From contig CAWJGT010000014.1 in assembly GCA_963842525.1 (NCBI GenBank), positions 128,001-192,000 of the forward strand: a stretch of DNA of 64,000 bases, in the 5' to 3' direction. Positions 62,922 to 64,000 of this stretch are shown here, piece by piece. Position numbers and translations under genes: made by a program. Positions within the stretch are counted from its first letter, which is position 1. Every line of letters starts with the position of its first letter. This stretch comes from an uncultured Holophagales bacterium. Its GTDB lineage: Bacteria > Acidobacteriota > Thermoanaerobaculia > Multivoradales > UBA5704. Below the pieces are notes generated by a model, which was given only the letters and a program-made list of their open reading frames with translations, had not been told where the DNA came from and searched no databases.

Positions 62922-64000
62922 GCGGTCCTCCGGGTCACCAGGTTGATCAGCCGGCCGGGGACGAGGACGGCTTTTGCCACCTCCCGCCCGGCCATGTGCT
63001 CCCGCACCCGGGCGCTGGCCAGCGCCGCGGCGCGGATCTCCTTCTCGTCCGCCGCGGCATCGACCTCGACCCGGTCGCGCAGCTTGCCATCGACCTGCAC
63101 CACGAGCTCGATGCGGGCGCGGCGGAGCTTCCTCTCATCGTACTCCGGCCAGGTCGTGTCGAGGAGGGTCTCGACGTGGTCCCGCCGCTCCCAGAGCTCC
63201 TCGGTGATGTGGGGCGCCATGGGGTGCAGGAGCTGGAGCAGCGTGTCGTAGGTCTCCTCGCAGCAGAGCCGGGAGGCCGTCTTCTCGTCGATGGCGCGCG
63301 TCAGGGCGTTCGTGAGCTCCATCAGCGCGGCCACCGCCGCGTTCAGGTGGAAGCGCCGGATGCTGGCGGTCACCCGCTGGATCGCGGCGTGGCGCTCGCG
63401 CTCCAATTCCTGATCGGCCGGCGCGATCGGCGGCGTGTCGTGGAGGCGCTCGCCGATTCGCCAGACGCGCTGCAGGAAGCGGTGCGCGCCGGCGACCGCC
63501 TCGTCGCTCCACTCCGCCTCCTTCTCCGGCGGGCCGATGAACAGCGTGTAGACGCGTTCGGTGTCCGCCCCTACCTCCTCGATCAGGTCGTCCGGCGAGA
63601 CGGTGTTGCCGCGCGACTTCGACATCTTCTCCACGCGGCCGGACTTCTCCGAGTAGCGCGTGATCATGCCCTGGTTGAACAGGTTGCGGAACGGCTCCTC
63701 GAAGCCGGCCAGTCCGAAGTCGTGGAGCACCCGGCAGACGAAGCGGGCGTAGAGCAGGTGCAGGATGGCGTGCTCGATGCCGCCGATGTACTGGTCGACC
63801 GGGCACCAGCGGTTGGCCAGATCGGAGTCGAACATCCGGGTGCTGTCGCGCGGCGAGAGAAAACGAAAGTAGTACCAGGAGCTGTCGACGAAGGTGTCCA
63901 TGGTGTCGGTCTCGCGCCGGGATGGCTTGCCGCACTTCGGACAGGTCGTCTCGACGAAGCCCTGGCAGCTCTCCAGAGGGTTGCCGTCGCGGCCGGTGAG
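62918..64000 (-). CDS. leuS: Leucyl-tRNA synthetase (C-terminal part)
   Basis: [41 protein letters not shown]. Confidence 0.97.
   Translation of the reverse strand, partial: LTGRDGNPLESCQGFVETTCPKCGKPSRRETDTMDTFVDSSWYYFRFLSPRDSTRMFDSDLANRWCPVDQYIGGIEHAILHLLYARFVCRVLHDFGLAGFEEPFRNLFNQGMITRYSEKSGRVEKMSKSRGNTVSPDDLIEEVGADTERVYTLFIGPPEKEAEWSDEAVAGAHRFLQRVWRIGERLHDTPPIAPADQELERERHAAIQRVTASIRRFHLNAAVAALMELTNALTRAIDEKTASRLCCEETYDTLLQLLHPMAPHITEELWERRDHVETLLDTTWPEYDERKLRRARIELVVQVDGKLRDRVEVDAAADEKEIRAAALASARVREHMAGREVAKAVLVPGRLINLVTRRTA

Overview
GC-rich bacterial window; gene content is consistent with Acidobacteriota (Thermoanaerobaculia-like), which is an inference. Scattered single-base frameshifts suggest long-read consensus errors. 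The flanks are mostly housekeeping (ald, bactofilin, tRNA-Gly, DEAD-box helicase, tol-pal, rpsT, lptE, leuS), plus two TA pairs and an RHS toxin/immunity pair. The centre (about 14.9-41 kb) is a type III-D-like CRISPR-Cas locus: cas6, an HD-less cas10, four RAMP genes, a broken RT-cas1, cas2 and three arrays of a 37-bp repeat. Two cyclic-oligonucleotide (SAVED) effectors bracket it: a CHAT-SAVED protease upstream and a TIR-SAVED downstream. Between CHAT-SAVED and cas6 lie an ECF sigma factor, a membrane anti-sigma, a lipoprotein-like TPR-CHAT protease and a 72-aa repeat peptide. The key observation is one bipartite motif, GTCCAACA-N13-CCGTGTC, with identical spacing and strand upstream of the CHAT-SAVED/sigma operon, the peptide gene, the cas operon and all three CRISPR leaders. 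This suggests a dedicated ECF-sigma regulon, gated by caspase-like proteases, that transcribes the whole CRISPR system, possibly as a cOA-driven positive-feedback loop.
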